Shown here piece after piece: positions 11,421 through 25,947 of a DNA stretch of 64,000 nt. Every line of letters begins with the position of its first letter. The first letter of the stretch is position 1. Source of the stretch: Octopus vulgaris (Eukaryota); the NCBI GenBank assembly GCA_951406725.2, contig OX597825.1, positions 41,664,001-41,728,000 on the forward strand, in the 5' to 3' direction. The notes under the pieces were generated by a model. It worked only from the letters and a program-made list of their open reading frames with translations. It was not told the DNA's origin and searched no databases. The position numbers and the translations under genes are program-made.

Positions 11421-12109
11421 TGATTGTGTATACTGGCACTATATTGTCAGAAGTATTTTAGTGTTGGATAAAATACCTAATGATATTTAGTTACAGCCCT
11501 TGACATTGAGTTCAGACATGACTAAAATCAACATTGAATTACTTCTCTCTGAGACCAATTAAATAACAAACTATTAAGTATTAGGGTTGTGAATATCACA
11601 AACAGCTTGCAATGAATGCGGTGGCTGAAATGGCTTCTTAGTAATAGGTAGAGTAAAAAAAATAAAAAAATATATGGAGCCTCATGGGCACTTGATGCAC
11701 AACATAACCACTCTCATCATCAAAGTGCTTGATAATTCTAAATCAATATTTCATTTGTAAACTTGCCAAAAGTGATGCTGGAACTTTGGCTGAGGATTTA
11801 TTTGTCTATGTTATAAGCCATATTTTACAAAATAATTTCAAAGGGCAAACTTCTAATGTGAGTGCTTCAAAACTGAAATATTTCAGCTTTTCTGGTGAGA
11901 TTATATACCTTTGACTTTCATCTTATTCAACAGTACTACTATCTTTGTGACTTTTAACAGCACACTAATTAAAGCAAAATGAGACAGAATACATACATAT
12001 GTGTGTGTGCATGTCTCTCTCTCCCTTTCTCTCTCCCCTCTTTCTCACCCTCTCTCTAGACAGATATGTGTGTATACATACATGCCCCCCCCTACACACA
12101 CACACACAT

Positions 12110-13792
12110 ATGTTCACATGGATGATGGTTCTCTTGCACTAAATGAGGCTGCAAAGAGAGAGGTTTGGAGATGCCACTATGAAAGGTTGCTCAATAAAGA
12201 AAATGAATGGGAGAAAGAGAGTCTGCTGAATGTCGACCCAAAAGGAGGACCAGGTATTCGAATTGACAGTACCTTGGTAGATAAAGCAATTAAGAGTATG
12301 AAGACAGGGAAAGCCCCCAGCCAATCAGGAATCACTGCAGAGATACTCAAAATATATGGCAATGTCAGCTATGGCCTAGTCATCCGTATAGTTAGCCAGG
12401 TGATACACGAAGGAGTCATACCCAATGACTGGTGTAGCAGTATAATAGTCAACTGCTACAAAGGTAAAGGTGACGCTTTAGATACAAATAATTACACAGG
12501 TATCAAGCTGTTGGATCATGTAAAGAAGGTTACGGAGAGGGTCATAGCCCAACTAATTAGGGAGAGTCAGTTTAGATGAGATGCAGTTTGGGTTTATGCC
12601 AGGGAAAAGCACCACTGATGCTATATTTCTGGTGAGACAGCTACAGGAGAAATACCTAGCCAAAAATAAATCTCTGTACCTGGCTTTCATTGACGTGGAG
12701 AAAGCCTTTGACAGGGTCCCCCGATCCCTTATCTGGTGGTCAATGAGGAAACTAGGGATAGATGAATGGATAGTGAGAGCTGTGCAAGTTATGTACAGGA
12801 AAACTGTCAGTAAGGTGAGGATTGGCAACAAGTACAGTAAAGAATTCAAAGTAGAGGCAAGGGTCCACCAAGGTTCAGTCCTCAGCCCCCTCCTATTTAT
12901 CATAGTCCTCCAGGCAATAAGAGAGGAATTCAAAACAAGATGCTCCCGAGAGCTCCTCTATGCTGATGACCTTGCTCTAATTGCTGAGTCACTAAGAGAA
13001 CTAGAGGAGAAGTTTCAGGTGTGGAAACAAGGATTAGAATCAAAGGGCCTTAGAGTCAACCTAGCTAAAACCAAAGTCCTAATAAGTAGGAAGGCAGACA
13101 AACCACAAATCCCTTCAGGTAGATGGCCCTGCTTGATCTGTAAAAAAGGCGTAGGTAGAAACTCTATATGATATACCCAGTGTAAGTTCTGGACACATAA
13201 GAGGTGCAGCAATATCAAAGGAAGGCTAACTGGGAAGATAGTTTTTGTATGTGGCAGATGCTCAGGAGCAATGAATACTGAAAATGCACAGGGAACAACT
13301 TACGCCGCATTCCAGGGAGAAAAACTAATAGTTGATAGCTTCCATTACTTAGGTGACCAAGTCAGTAGTGGGGGAGGGTGTACTGAAAGTTTAGCTGCTA
13401 AAATAAGAATAGCTTGGGCAAAGTTCAGAGAACTCTTAACTCTGCTGGTGGCAAAGGGCCTCTCGGTCAGAGTAAAAGGTAGACTGCATGTGTACAAGCA
13501 GCCATGCTACATGGCAATGTAACATGGGCCATGATTGCTGATGACATGCATAAGCTCACGAGCAATGAAGTCACATTCAAGTGAGGTTTACGCCAGTGCC
13601 ACTGGACTGGCTCCTGTGCAGGTGGCATGTAAAAAACACCACTTGAGTATGGGAGTGGTTAGCATTAAGAAGGGCATCCAGCTGTAGAAACACTGCCAGA
13701 TCAGACTGGAGCTGGTGCAGCCATCTGGTTCACCAGTCCTCAGTCAAATCATCCAATCCATGCTAGCATAGAATGCGGACATTAAACGATGA
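12110..13792 (+). mobile_element. 5'-truncated RTE LINE (RT with YADD) plus 3' tail
   Basis: ORFs 12001-12579 and 12581-13171 carry QFGFMPGKSTTDAIF, DVEKAFDRVP, QGSVLSPLLF and LLYADD. Frameshifted; family-B tail at 13575-13792. Confidence 0.93.
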
Positions 13793-14074
13793 TATATATA
13801 TATATATATATATTTAGTATAATCTGGATAATAGCCTCATAACATGCATCATTAAGGTTGCATTCATTGTTATTGTTGTGATATTACTTTTGCATTTGTT
13901 TCCATGCCACCAGGAATTTGATGAACTTATTGGCAGAGAGCATTCAACATGGTATGATCGATGAAACTCCAAGCAATCTCACAGCGCTTAGATTGCATTC
14001 CCCCTGAAAAAGCAACTATACACAGCTGTTGCTGAAAAATATTTGTTTGTAAAGTAGTTCTCAAGAATAATCTT

Positions 14075-14450
14075 ATATTCTCTTATTTGTTTCACTCATT
14101 TGACTGCGGTCATACTGGAGCACCACCTTAATCGAACAAATCAACCCTAGGATTTATTCTTTGTAAGCATAGTACCTATTCTATTGGTCTCTTTTGTCGA
14201 ACTGCTAAGTTACTGGGACGTAAACACATTAACATCAGTTGTGAAGCGGTGGTGGGAGACTAACACAGACACACACACACACATATACGACGGTACCTTC
14301 TTTCAGTTTCCATCTACCAAATCCACTCACATAGCTTTGGTCAGCCTGAGACTATAGTAGAAGACTCTTGCTCAGGTTGCCATGCAGTGGAACTGAACCC
14401 GGAACCATGTGGTTGGGAAGTAAGCTTCTTACCACACAGCCATGCCTGCA
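14075..14450 (-). mobile_element. SINE family A
   Basis: Minus strand GGCTGTGTGGTAAGAAGCTT...GGTTCCGGGTTCAGTTCC (A/B-box-like head); body shared with the copies at 14455, 17205, 28273 and 43513. Confidence 0.85.
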
Positions 14451-14454
14451 ATAT

Positions 14455-14825
14455 ATACTCTTTTACTTGTTTCAGTCATTTGACTGTGGACATGCTGGAG
14501 CACCGCCTTTAGTTGAGCAAATCGACCCCAGGACTTATTCTTTGGAAGCTTAGTACTTATTCTATCAGTCTTTTTTGCTGAACCGCTAAGTTGCAGGGAC
14601 ATAAACACACTACCATCGGATGTCAAGTGATGTTGGAGGGACAAACACAGACACGAACTTACACACACATGCATATATACGACAGGCTTCTTTCAGTTTC
14701 CGTCTACCAAATCCACTCACAAGGCTTTGGTCGACCCGAGGTTATAGTAGAAGACATTTGCCCAAAGTGCCACTCACATGGCTTTGGACTGAACCCTGAA
14801 TCATGTGGTTGGTAAACAAGCTGGT
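14455..14825 (-). mobile_element. SINE family A (tandem neighbour)
   Basis: Same family sequence, head slightly truncated. Confidence 0.85.
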
Positions 14826-14937
14826 GATTTATAAAAGTAAACTCAGCAGCATAAAATCTGGTGTCCAGTGCAGAAACAAATGTTGTGATTGCTATTAAAG
14901 CCTGCTGTTTACCATCTTTGTATTATATTAATCTTTT

Positions 14938-14980
<43 letters not shown>

Positions 14981-15579
14981 ACATACTTATATATGTGTGT
15001 GTGTATACATGTATATATATGCATATATATTTATATATATTTATATATGTGTGTATGTGTATATACATGTGCACACACACACACACATGCCTGTGCATGT
15101 AGATAGGCCGTTATGGAAAACACTCATAAAGAAACACACACACACACACATGAACCCAGACCAAAACAACACCAAAAAAATTAATAAGACTACTAGCATT
15201 AAAGATGGCTTTGATCTGGTAAGTACCTAATATGTAAGGGTGTTGTTCAAGCTGAAAATTATCACAGATCAAAGAAGCCAATGTGTTTATAATTTAATCC
15301 TCTTTCTATGATTAATCTTCTAATATAGATGCTTGTTGTATTTGCTTTAATTAAACTGCAGATAACTAAAAGCAATAAATGATTCTAATCTCTTTATCTT
15401 CAGACACCATGTAGCTCCAAAAACATGTGTGTGTGTGTATTTATATATAGATATGTGTGTGTGCATGAGTGTATATGAATATGCATACATCTATTTTTAT
15501 ACCTATCTATGTATCTATATATATATTTATCTGTCTCTTGTTTACACACAGACATACACACACACACAGATATATGTCT

Positions 15580-15625
<46 letters not shown>

Positions 15626-16109
15626 CTGTATGCAGGTGTGTGTGTGTGTGTATATATATACATATATATATATGTATACAGGTAGATAGATAAATATACA
15701 TACATAAATATATATATGCATACATATATGTATGTGTATACCACACAAACACACACACACATAGACACCAAAAATATTTATATCTGCATGCTCATTAACT
15801 ATTTTACTTCTTTAGTTGCTACAATCATTGGGGGCAGTCCTGCTGGTTACTGCTTACAATTGTGGTTAGTTGCTTACATAACTCCAGTATTAAGTGTGGT
15901 ACTTATTTCAGCTATTCTATTTGTCATGTTGTGAAGTTAATAGATGTAAATAGAAGCGGTTTTCTTCAAACTGTATCAATATAAAACAGTCACAGCAACA
16001 GAAGCAGATATGTATGTGTATACACACACATATATACATACATATGCATATCATCATCATCATCATCGTTTAACATCCGTTTTCCACGCTAGCACAGGTT
16101 GGACGGTGA

Positions 16110-16170
<61 letters not shown>

Positions 16171-16189
16171 CATGTGTATATATATATAT

Positions 16190-17200
16190 ATGAAGGTGTG
16201 ATGAAAAATTCCTGACTTTAAGTAAAAGAAAATACAGGCATATCATTTAATTATGATTTTATTCAAAATATTCTCCTCTCAAATTCACACCCATATTGCC
16301 ATGATTCTTCAGTTTTTCTAACCCCTGTAAGAAGAACTCAGAATGATCCAACCAGGCCTTGGTACAAGGAATCACTTCTGAATCGGAGTGAAATTCCTTT
16401 CCCCTGAGATATTTTTTCAGCTGTGGATAGTTGATAGTTGGAAGGACCAAGTAAGAAGTGTAAGGTGGGTAGTCTACCAATTCGAAGCCAAAGTCTTGTA
16501 TTTTCTGCAAAGTTTCATGTGCTGTGTGTCCTGGTGCATTGCCCTGCAAAAACAGAACACTATGGCGCAACTTTCCACAGCATTTCTGTTTCAAAGCTTC
16601 ATGCAGTTCATCCAACAGAGATTTATGGTATTCTGCATTAATGGTGCAATCCTTTGGCATGTATTATATAAGGAGTACTTCGTTTAGGTCCCAGAACATT
16701 AAAGCTAGGATCTTTCCAGTTGACTTCTGGGTGCAAAACGTCTTGGGACACAGTGAACTAGTGTGGCACCACTCTATTGTTCACTGCTTGGTTTGGGAAT
16801 CTTAATGATGAAGCCAAGTTTCATCCGTGGTGACTAAATGAGACATAAAATTAACTTTCCTTACTGCAAACTGGTCCAAAATCCTCTTTGATGTCATTAC
16901 TCTGATATGCTTCTGATCTGCATTGAAACATTTTGGCATCTATCTTGTGAAAAGCTTTCTTGTGTCCAGAATTTTGTGGATTATGTGGTCAACTCTTTCA
17001 TTGGAAATCCCCAGAGTCTCAGCTGAAATCAAGGGGTCCTTGAGAATCATGTGCACAGCGTCGGCTTTGTCCTCAGTCATCACAGAAGTTAGCTGTCCTG
17101 ACTGGGGTTCATCTGCGACCTCAAAATGACCAGTCCAAAACCTTGACATCCAGATTTTCACTGTGGAATAAGATGAGTAGCTGTTTTTCAAGACATTCTT
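16190..17200 (-). pseudogene. mariner-family transposase relic
   Basis: HTH region (FEVADEPQSGQL...), DDD region (INAEYH...LFLQGNAPGHTA...YPPYTSYL) and a terminal TA-TGAAGGTGTGATGAAAAATTCC. The 5' end is cut by a SINE. Confidence 0.85.
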
Positions 17201-17204
17201 TATC

Positions 17205-17579
17205 TTGCCATGGATTGCTGGAGCACCGCCTTTAGTCGAGCAAATCGACCCTGGGACTTATCCTTTCTGAGCCCAGTACTTATCCTATTGGTCTCTTTTG
17301 CCGAACCGCTAAGTGGCGGGGACGTAAACACACCAGCATCGGTTGTCAAGGAATGCTAGGGGGACAAATACAGACACACAAACATATACACACACACTTA
17401 TATATATATACATATATACGACAGGCTTCTTTCAGTTTCCGTCTACCAAATCCACTCACAAGGCATTGGTCGGCCCGGGGCTATAGCAGAAGACACTTGC
17501 CCAAGATGCCACGCAGTGGGACTGAACCCAGAACCATGTGGTTGGTTAGCAAGCTACTTACCACACAGCCACTCCTGCA

Positions 17580-17582
<3 letters not shown>
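17205..17582 (-). mobile_element. SINE family A
   Basis: Well-preserved copy that retains CpGs. Confidence 0.9.
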
Positions 17583-17634
<52 letters not shown>

Positions 17635-17639
<5 letters not shown>

Positions 17640-18085
17640 CAATTTGTATACATTTGTATATATAATGCATACACACACACATATATATATAATGTGTATC
17701 ATCATCATCATCATCATCGTTTAGCGTCCGCTTTCCATGCTAGCATGGGTTGGACGGTTCTACCGGGGTCTGGGATGCCAGAAGGCTGCACCAGGCCCAG
17801 TCTGACATATATATATATATATAGTGTGTGTATGCATTATGTGGTCGGTTGAGCTGAAAATATGCACACCTATGTTAAAAGTGCTGGCAAGTTTGCATGG
17901 CAACTATTTTTTTCCTCAAATGAAAGACGTGACTTCTAGGACAAAATTCCTCATCTTATAAAATGTGCCCAAGTAGACCCGAATGAAATTGGGTACTATT
18001 AACCAAAATGTGAAAAGAGGTCTAAATGGGGCTGGAAGGGGATTACAATTTACAGGAGCGGGTGTTTAGGAATTCTCTGTTACAT
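17635..18085 (+). mobile_element. 5' part of a non-autonomous Helitron-like repeat, with a family-B tail inserted at 17699-17805
   Basis: Reverse complement of about 45530-45885. Confidence 0.65.
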
Positions 18086-19184
18086 CAAGCTAAAAAGGGA
18101 GGATATGTGTCATCATAATCCATCCCCTACCACTAACCACTGACTACATTTCCACACCTGTTCTATTTACTAAATTTATCTCTGTCCCCATCTCTAGCCA
18201 TCCATCACTCTCCTTTAACGCTTTAGTAAACTTCTTGGCTGATCTTACTAGTTCTTTGTTCGTATTTCTCACCTTATCTTGTAAGTGTGATCAGAAACTT
18301 CATCAGCCCTATCGTTGTCTTACTTGCAGTTACTCTCACCAGCCCACATATAAAGTGTTGTAGCCACATAGTTCTTCTGTAGCAAGACACTTGTGCCTGC
18401 CCCTCTATTATACTTTCACCTCTCAACACTTAGCATAAAACCACCTCCCTCCCCATCAAAACCCCACTCAGTCAAGGGATCTCTTTCTTTGTTGCATGAA
18501 TTACTTGATGATCTCATTAGTGCAGGTGTCATGGAAAGAGCACCCAGGGGTCTTTGTAAAGTAGTTAGCATTAGGAAGAGTATGCAACTAGAGAAAGCTT
18601 GCCAAAATAAACAGTGGAGCTTTATGCAGTCCCACATGAAATCTTATTATATGATTCTTATTGCTTTGCTGCTGCAACATGGAAATATCTTAAATCTAAA
18701 TTGTTTATCCATTTAAAATGCTATATTTGATAAATAAAATATATTCAGTTTAAGCACATTGAGATTTTGAAAGGATTAGAGAATTATTAACTTTACCTCC
18801 ATTTTCATTTTCAGTAAAATATGTTATATAAAGTGCTTTTTAATTGAATAAATTATTAAATTTAGGTTATCTTTCTCAGCAAAGGCTTAATAGATCATCC
18901 TTCCAAATTGTTTAGTTCAAAATATTTATTTAAAAAATATTTCATTTCATATTCTGCAAACACAACAGATACAATACATTCCTTTATACAAATGATTTTT
19001 CCATAAGCCATATTCCTAGTTAAAGTTCTTTCCTTATAATTATGATGTTTCTTTCCATCCATTTTGAAGGATACTTGGATCCTTTTTCTTGATGAACAAG
19101 TAACCACATAGAAGTCCATACATTTGCAAATAAAGAATGTGAAAGAGATTTTTTGTCTATATAATAATTTTGCCCACAGTATTA

Positions 19185-19410
19185 AATCTTAAGTATTTAA
19201 ACCAGCCATAACTGGTCTAAATCTTTTACCTGTTTCATGTTCAAACCATTCAGATCTGGCCTTTCATACCTACCATACAATGTCTTTTTAAAATGAAATA
19301 ATCACATTATTGAAATCTCTAAGCTATGAGATAATGCATAATTAATTTAAAACAATGTGAATAAATAATCATCAGATTTGACAGCGTAATCTGAATGCTA
19401 AAGGGTTAGT
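19185..19410. mobile_element. MITE with AACCCTTTAGCATT-type end; inverted copy at about 31535-31745
   Basis: Ends AATGCTAAAGGGTT; the internal sequence matches the reverse complement of the 31.6-kb copy. Confidence 0.6.
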
Positions 19411-22389
19411 TGAGCATTTCATTGGAACTTCTCATGCATAAATAAAGTGGAAATTGATAGATTTTTGCATAATAAGTCATATTGAACATAAACATATTTA
19501 TATTGTTGTATATCAACAAACATTAAAGAGGAAAATAATATGTTTACATGACAAACAGCAGAATTGACAGTTCTTCTGAAATAATTTACCCAACTCAAAA
19601 ATAAGAGGTTTCAAGTGGCAGATATCAAAATATTGTTTTATAGGAGAATTAACTGTTTCATTGACCGAAGCTTTTTGTCAATCTGTCACTGTTTTATTAC
19701 CTTCCTCTTTCCCTCTTTCTTCTTCCAGTTTCCCTGTTTTTATCCCTTTCTTGTCATCACAAAAGATTATTATTTTATTTAAGACTGAAATTGTCATGCC
19801 ATATTTTACAGAAGTGTGCAATGGAAAAATAACTGACTGAAAATAAAACACATGTAGACAATGTTACATTGGATCTATGGTTAAACCAGTGGAACAATGT
19901 ATTTCTATGCACAAGTTTTCCTCCATCTTGCTAGTGGAATATATCAACAAAATTAGACAATAACAGAATTAGCTATAAAGTGAATTTGTTGGTATTGGAG
20001 AATATACCATAGTGGGGAGATAGATGGCAGTGTTGGTATATACAAGGGAAGGGTTGGATTTTATTTTAGCTAACAGTAAACCTCTTTTAAACATATGTAG
20101 TGAAATAGTGATTTTCTACACACACTGAAAGAGTAAAAAATGTTCCTGAATGAGGAAATATGTGAACCACAGAGAGATAAGATTGTACACTTCTACCTCT
20201 ACTATTAACATGTAGACTTGTTCATGTGAATCTCACAGTTACCAAACACTTAATAAAATATCCTGAGATCCTCAACCTGTATACCAGGGCTTGCCAAACA
20301 TTTTTGACCATTGACCCACTTTAGCCACTTCTCCTTCTGCATTGACCATCTTCCTCATTTAAAATATCTTAATACCCTAAACTCATAATTTTCTTGTTGT
20401 TGCAACTTAGCATGTTGTGTTCCATAAGGCTAACTTTGCTCAGTTATGCTATTTTATATACATGCTATTTGTTGTTCAAGTTATGTTTCTATTCTTCATT
20501 AGTTTGTGTACAATTATTGCATTTTGTATTAGTCTCTGCCATACAATGGATGAAAAGAAATCAGTTTCTTAATTGTATTCACAGGAAAATAATTTTAAAA
20601 AAGACAAATTAAAATGGATTAAAGAAAAAGTTTTGTAAAGATTCATGAAATCTAATGAAAGTCTAAGATCTGCTCTGAGATCTAGTATTATGTTGAAACA
20701 TACTTGCAGCACATTGTCAATGAAATAAAATCAAATGAACATTTTTCTTTTCTTCAGGAAGATCTAAGGAAAGATGTTAGTGAGAAAACCCATAGTAAGA
20801 AGAGAGTGAAAGCTTTCAAAAGCTACATTTTCTAAATATTGATTGTATTTTGTGTAAGCTGGTAAAGGAAATCATAGGCTAGCACTGGAATATCGTTAAG
20901 CTGGGATTAGTTTCACATGTGACAAATATATCCATTACAGCATCTAATTTTATTGCTTATGAATGTCAGTTGTTTTAAATCATTGCAGTGAATTTAATGG
21001 AGGTTTACTTCTAGCTGAGGATTGTAAAAGGAAAGCTATATTTAATAGTACTACATTGTTAGAGCTATGAACCCAAAGGATTTATATTCTGGCTGGATAT
21101 CTAAAATAAAACACAACAGTTTCATTTTACAGATTTTATTCTTGTTAGATTTCAACTGGGGAAGGTTGATGATATTTGTATTAATTAACGTTAATATATT
21201 CAGGAAATATAACTGTAGCCAATAAAATATCTTAGATATACATTTTAACTCTAACATTAAGATGGTGTTGAGCCTCACAGTGCCTCATCAACTATGTAAT
21301 CTTGTAAAAACAGCCTAAAGTAGACACGGAGGTCGTAATAAAATATTCCTTTGAGTATTGCTGCATTAAATAGCTGTGCATATAGTAGCAGGAATCTAAG
21401 TAATAAGTTGTAATAAATGAACTTGATTTGCCTGACAATTCAAGCATTTTATACATATTAATGATGCTATTCAGCTGATGTTTCAGTCTTTGCAAACATT
21501 CATGTCTCTAATACATCCACCTAACTGATTATAAAATCTCTGCTCATTCAGTAATTGATGAGTTTACTAATGGTTTAAATTTTAATATGTGAATTTCCAA
21601 CAACTTTGACATTGATGTTAGGGTTCTTGGAGAAATTGGCACCTAACATAAGATTAAATACATATTTCACATTATAGCCCCTTACCACCTATCATCAATA
21701 AAGTTTAACTTCAGGTTCCTTTGTTTCATTTCATTTCAAGTTAACTATTATTTCCCTGCTGATACACTTTTAGCCTTAGTATGACAGTATTTACCTGACA
21801 CTTATACTATAATATACTTGTTCAAGCTGAATGAATGGATTTCTATTAATATTCATAATCTAGTGCTTTAATAACTTCCTTAAGTTTGATTTAATTGGAA
21901 TATCATTGTCATATTTCCATGCTCTCATTAATACTTTTCTATTATCATCATTGGCAGCAACAGTATTGTTGCCACCATCATTGATATCATTTTCATTGCA
22001 TAATAATAATAATGGTTTCAAATTTTGGAATAAGGCAAACAGTTTCAGTGAGGAAGGGCTTAGATGATTACACTGACCCCAAAGCTTCTCTGGTACTTTA
22101 TTTTATTGAGCCTGAAAGGATGGAATGTAAAGTTAACAAACTTTGAACTCAGAATGTAAAAAACTGAAAAAGATGATGTTAAGCATTTTTCCCTGGTGCT
22201 AATGATTCTAAGAGCTCGATGCCAAAAGAATCATATTAAGAGTTTAGCAATTATATTCACTCACACTGCTGCATGTAGACAGAAAATAGAAGCAAGAGAT
22301 ACCTTGATGTCTCCAGTGGTTTCACCAGGAATACAATCTGCCACTATTCTTATATAAAGGACAGTCAGCTACAATAAGCCTAGCATTCA

Positions 22390-23100
22390 GTGAAAAGATC
22401 GCTGATGGTTGGTTGACCTAGACTTTGCTGATTATATGGTACTGTTGGCAGAATTCTCAGATGATATTTAAGAGCTGACTACAACTAGTGTGAAATGGAA
22501 AAAAATGAGACTGAGAATGAATGCATAGAAGTAGGACTCTTAGTCAGCCAAGAAGCATGTGAGTTTGGTGTGAGGACTGAAGACCAGATTGTAGAAGATG
22601 TGATCCTATTTACGTAATTTGGCAGTGTTTCACACAGATGAAGAAAATGCTGAAACCTATGTCAAATGCAGAATTGGGAAGATGACAACAGTATTTCAGC
22701 AAAAATGCATAATCAATTCCATGAGCACACTGGACAAAACATCAACATCTATCTGTACTATACTGTCATACTAAAAACGAGAGTATGTACTTGTAAAACC
22801 TGAAAACAAATTGTTAGAATCACAAAAAGTTTGTGGTCAAATGACTGGGTCTGAACTAAAGAAGTTGTAAGAGAAGCATTGTCACAAAGACTTCAAGACA
22901 GTAATAGGAAAGAGAATGCATCTAACTGGTTATATTTTGCCAACGCCAGATGATTGGTTTGTAAAACCTGAGATGGATGCCAACTGCAGAAAGAAAAAAA
23001 ATGAGAAAAACTAGGGATCATATAGTGTTAATACTTTTGTTAGACTTGAAGACTGCCAACACAGACACCAGGAAAAAGAAAAAGAATGATTGGAAACGCT
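22390..23100 (+). mobile_element. highly degenerate RTE-like RT remnant
   Basis: LVDLDFADYMVLLAE resembles the DLDFADD motif; downstream FTYxGS-like residues are present. Confidence 0.45.
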
Positions 23101-24006
23101 GGAAGACTTTTTTAATCCTGAATCTCTTTAGCTGGAAAAAAACAAAACATGAAGCATGAAAAGGATTATGCTCTATAAATTAGGTTGTTATTTTTATACT
23201 GTTTGTTTTATATTGAGCCCTATAAGTGAATGCATATATCATAATATTACTGCTGATATATTTTGTGTGAAAAATATCTCCTGGTATTGTTAGAGATACT
23301 AGTAGGGTGTTTTGAATATAAATTTAAATATGATAGTATTTTCAATCTCCTGTGGTATATGAAACTAAAAACAAACATTGCAAAGATATTATTTTCAAAT
23401 GAGAAATTTTAATAACGACAGCATTCCAGCCAAAATGACTCCTTCATTTTTAAGGAATTGTTTTATTATATTCTATATCACATTTTCTATCTTATAGATT
23501 CTGTATAAAAATATTAAAATTCTACTATTTGAGATACAGGATTGGATTTGCTTACATTTCTAAAATATCCATTCAGTACACTCTAAGGATCATACTATTA
23601 GAAAACTAGCACATTTAGAAAATCTCTGTAAGAGATGAAAGCAGTATTTATACTGAGATGTAACGTTTACCCTACCTAGATGTGGGTGTTCTATAAGAAC
23701 AGGCAATACTGATATTTAAACCCCAGGAAGACAATTCCTTCTTCTGGTTATTCAGTGTGCTTTGCACTTAATATATATATTGCAAGTGGGGAGAAAATTC
23801 CCAACTATCCTAGCTCAGGGAACACCATGTCATGTGATTTCAATCTTATTTGATCATCATTGGTGTTGAATACTAATCTAGTAGACATAGCAATAATTTT
23901 TCTCCAGCTCATAATATATAGAAAAACGGTGTCACACTATAACACTAGCTCGTTAATAAAATCTCTGTATAGATGAAAGGGATGTGTGTGTGTGCACGTG
24001 CATGCA

Positions 24007-24095
<89 letters not shown>

Positions 24096-24527
24096 CAAAT
24101 CTATTTGGCAGCCCCTAACACTAAGTCACTGCCTAGAAATCAAACCAAGAACATTGTGTCCAATGCAAAAGCAACTAAACAACATGACTGCAATTAAGTC
24201 ATCAATTGATAACATCACTAAGGAACTGACTGACCACTCAGATATCAGGTAAAACAGGATATTATTAACAATTCTATATTTTGGCATTGTTTTCTCTTTG
24301 AAAGTAATAACTATAAATAGAATTCTCTTTCCAATAGCAGCCTAAGTATGTCCGCAAGCCAGCCAGTAACAGTGCAGCAGTTTTTATGGCACCACGACAA
24401 AAATGACAGAAGTATGGCTGTAGTATCAAGACCAATGGTCGATAACAACACAGCTGAACCAGCTAGCTACTAAACTCACATGATCACAGTTACTTTCATT
24501 TGTGACCACAACATTTTATACAAATTT

Positions 24528-24870
24528 CATCATCATCATCATCATCGTTTAACGTCCGTTTTCCATGCTAGCATGGGTTGGACGGTTCGACCGGGGTCTG
24601 GGAAGCCAGGAGGCTGCACCAGGCTCCAGTCAGATCTGGTAGTGTTTCTACAGCTGGATGCCCTTCCTAACTCCAACCACTGCGAGTGTAGTGGGTGCTT
24701 TTTACGTGCCACCAGCATGGGCCAGGGGAGGCTGGCAAACTGCCACGATCAGTTGGTACCTTTACATGTCACCGACACGAACACCAGTCAGGTGGTGCTG
24801 GCATCTGCCACGTTCAGATGGTGCTTTTTACCAGTCACCGGCACGGGTATCTTAACTACAATTTCCATTT
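24528..24870 (-). mobile_element. family-B SINE/RTE tail
   Basis: (CAT)n-CGTTTAACGTCCG...GTAGTGTTTCTACAGCTGGATGCCCTTCCTAA. Confidence 0.85.
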
Positions 24871-25573
24871 GACTTTTATTATTTAATTTAGTTTGAACAT
24901 TTTTTCTTTGTTGTTGGTTATCATGACAATATTTAGTTTGTTAATAATAAAAATATTTTTGTATTTAAGATTTCAACAGAAGTTATGTTCTAGCATTCAT
25001 CGACATACACTCAATTAAGCAAATCTTTCACTGGTTACAATTTAAAAAGAAATATTTTATCATTATACACACCCACTTACACACACATACACATACACAC
25101 ACACGTACAAAGTCACGTGATATTATATAAGTCTGTGAGTACATGTATATATGCACACACACAGCGGAAGAGATATAGAGAAAGATTTATAAGATGTATG
25201 CATATGTGTGCATGTATAACCTGCCAAAACTGGTACATTCATAAGAATTATTAAGTTTGCTCAAAGTAATCGTGGATCAAAATGTGAAATGAAGCTATTT
25301 TGACAGTTAATTTGATATAGTACTGCACACTCCATGAGTATTTATATGATCATATATACATGGCAGTATTGGTGGTGTTAAATAATTAATTATTGATGTT
25401 AAATAATAGTGTTAAATAATTTAATTATTGAGGAATAACAACATTTTGTTTTGTTCCTAAGGAGCACACTAATACTAGTATGAATTCTCATACACTGATA
25501 TTAAGCTGGAATATTTACATTTACATATATACAACAGTTGTATGAATAAAAACTATTCAATACATGTCAAATG

Positions 25574-25947
25574 AAACAAGAGCTCTCAGAGAGAACAAAC
25601 CTCCACCAAGGCAACACCAATGTCCACTCAATGATTAGAAGAGTTGATTTTTAAAATGAGAATATCTGAAATAAAGTCAACTGCTCTTACAAATGAGAAT
25701 ACTAAAAATGAACCTGACCGCTCTCAAATATTTGGTAAAAAAAAATAAGAAAAGCAATCCAGAATCCTTGTCCGGTATTGGATTGATCTCAAAATCTAAT
25801 CAGTTTATGCCAGTCACAAGGCCAAACATCTCTGAAAGTTTCATCTGAATCCATCTTGCAGTTCTTGTGATATCTTGTCCATGGACAAACAAATAAACAA
25901 ACGTGACTGAAAACAATACCTCCGCCTTCACGAAGGCAGAGGTAATA
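25574..25947 (-). mobile_element. Helentron/HINE-like non-autonomous element
   Basis: Terminal palindrome CCTCCGCCTTC-ACG-AAGGCAGAGG, internal CCTCCACCAAGG subterminal repeat, (CAAA)n tract. Confidence 0.55.

Noticed and set aside
14075-14450. tRNA gene calls at SINE heads
   Set aside because: A/B-box-like motifs are present, but there is no complete cloverleaf and each continues into a SINE body.
18895-19119. 74-aa minus-strand ORF in unique sequence
   Set aside because: No recognisable motif, and the length is within chance expectation.
20283-20350. CAGGGCTTGCCAAAC hAT-like terminus
   Set aside because: No matching second terminus or TSD found.
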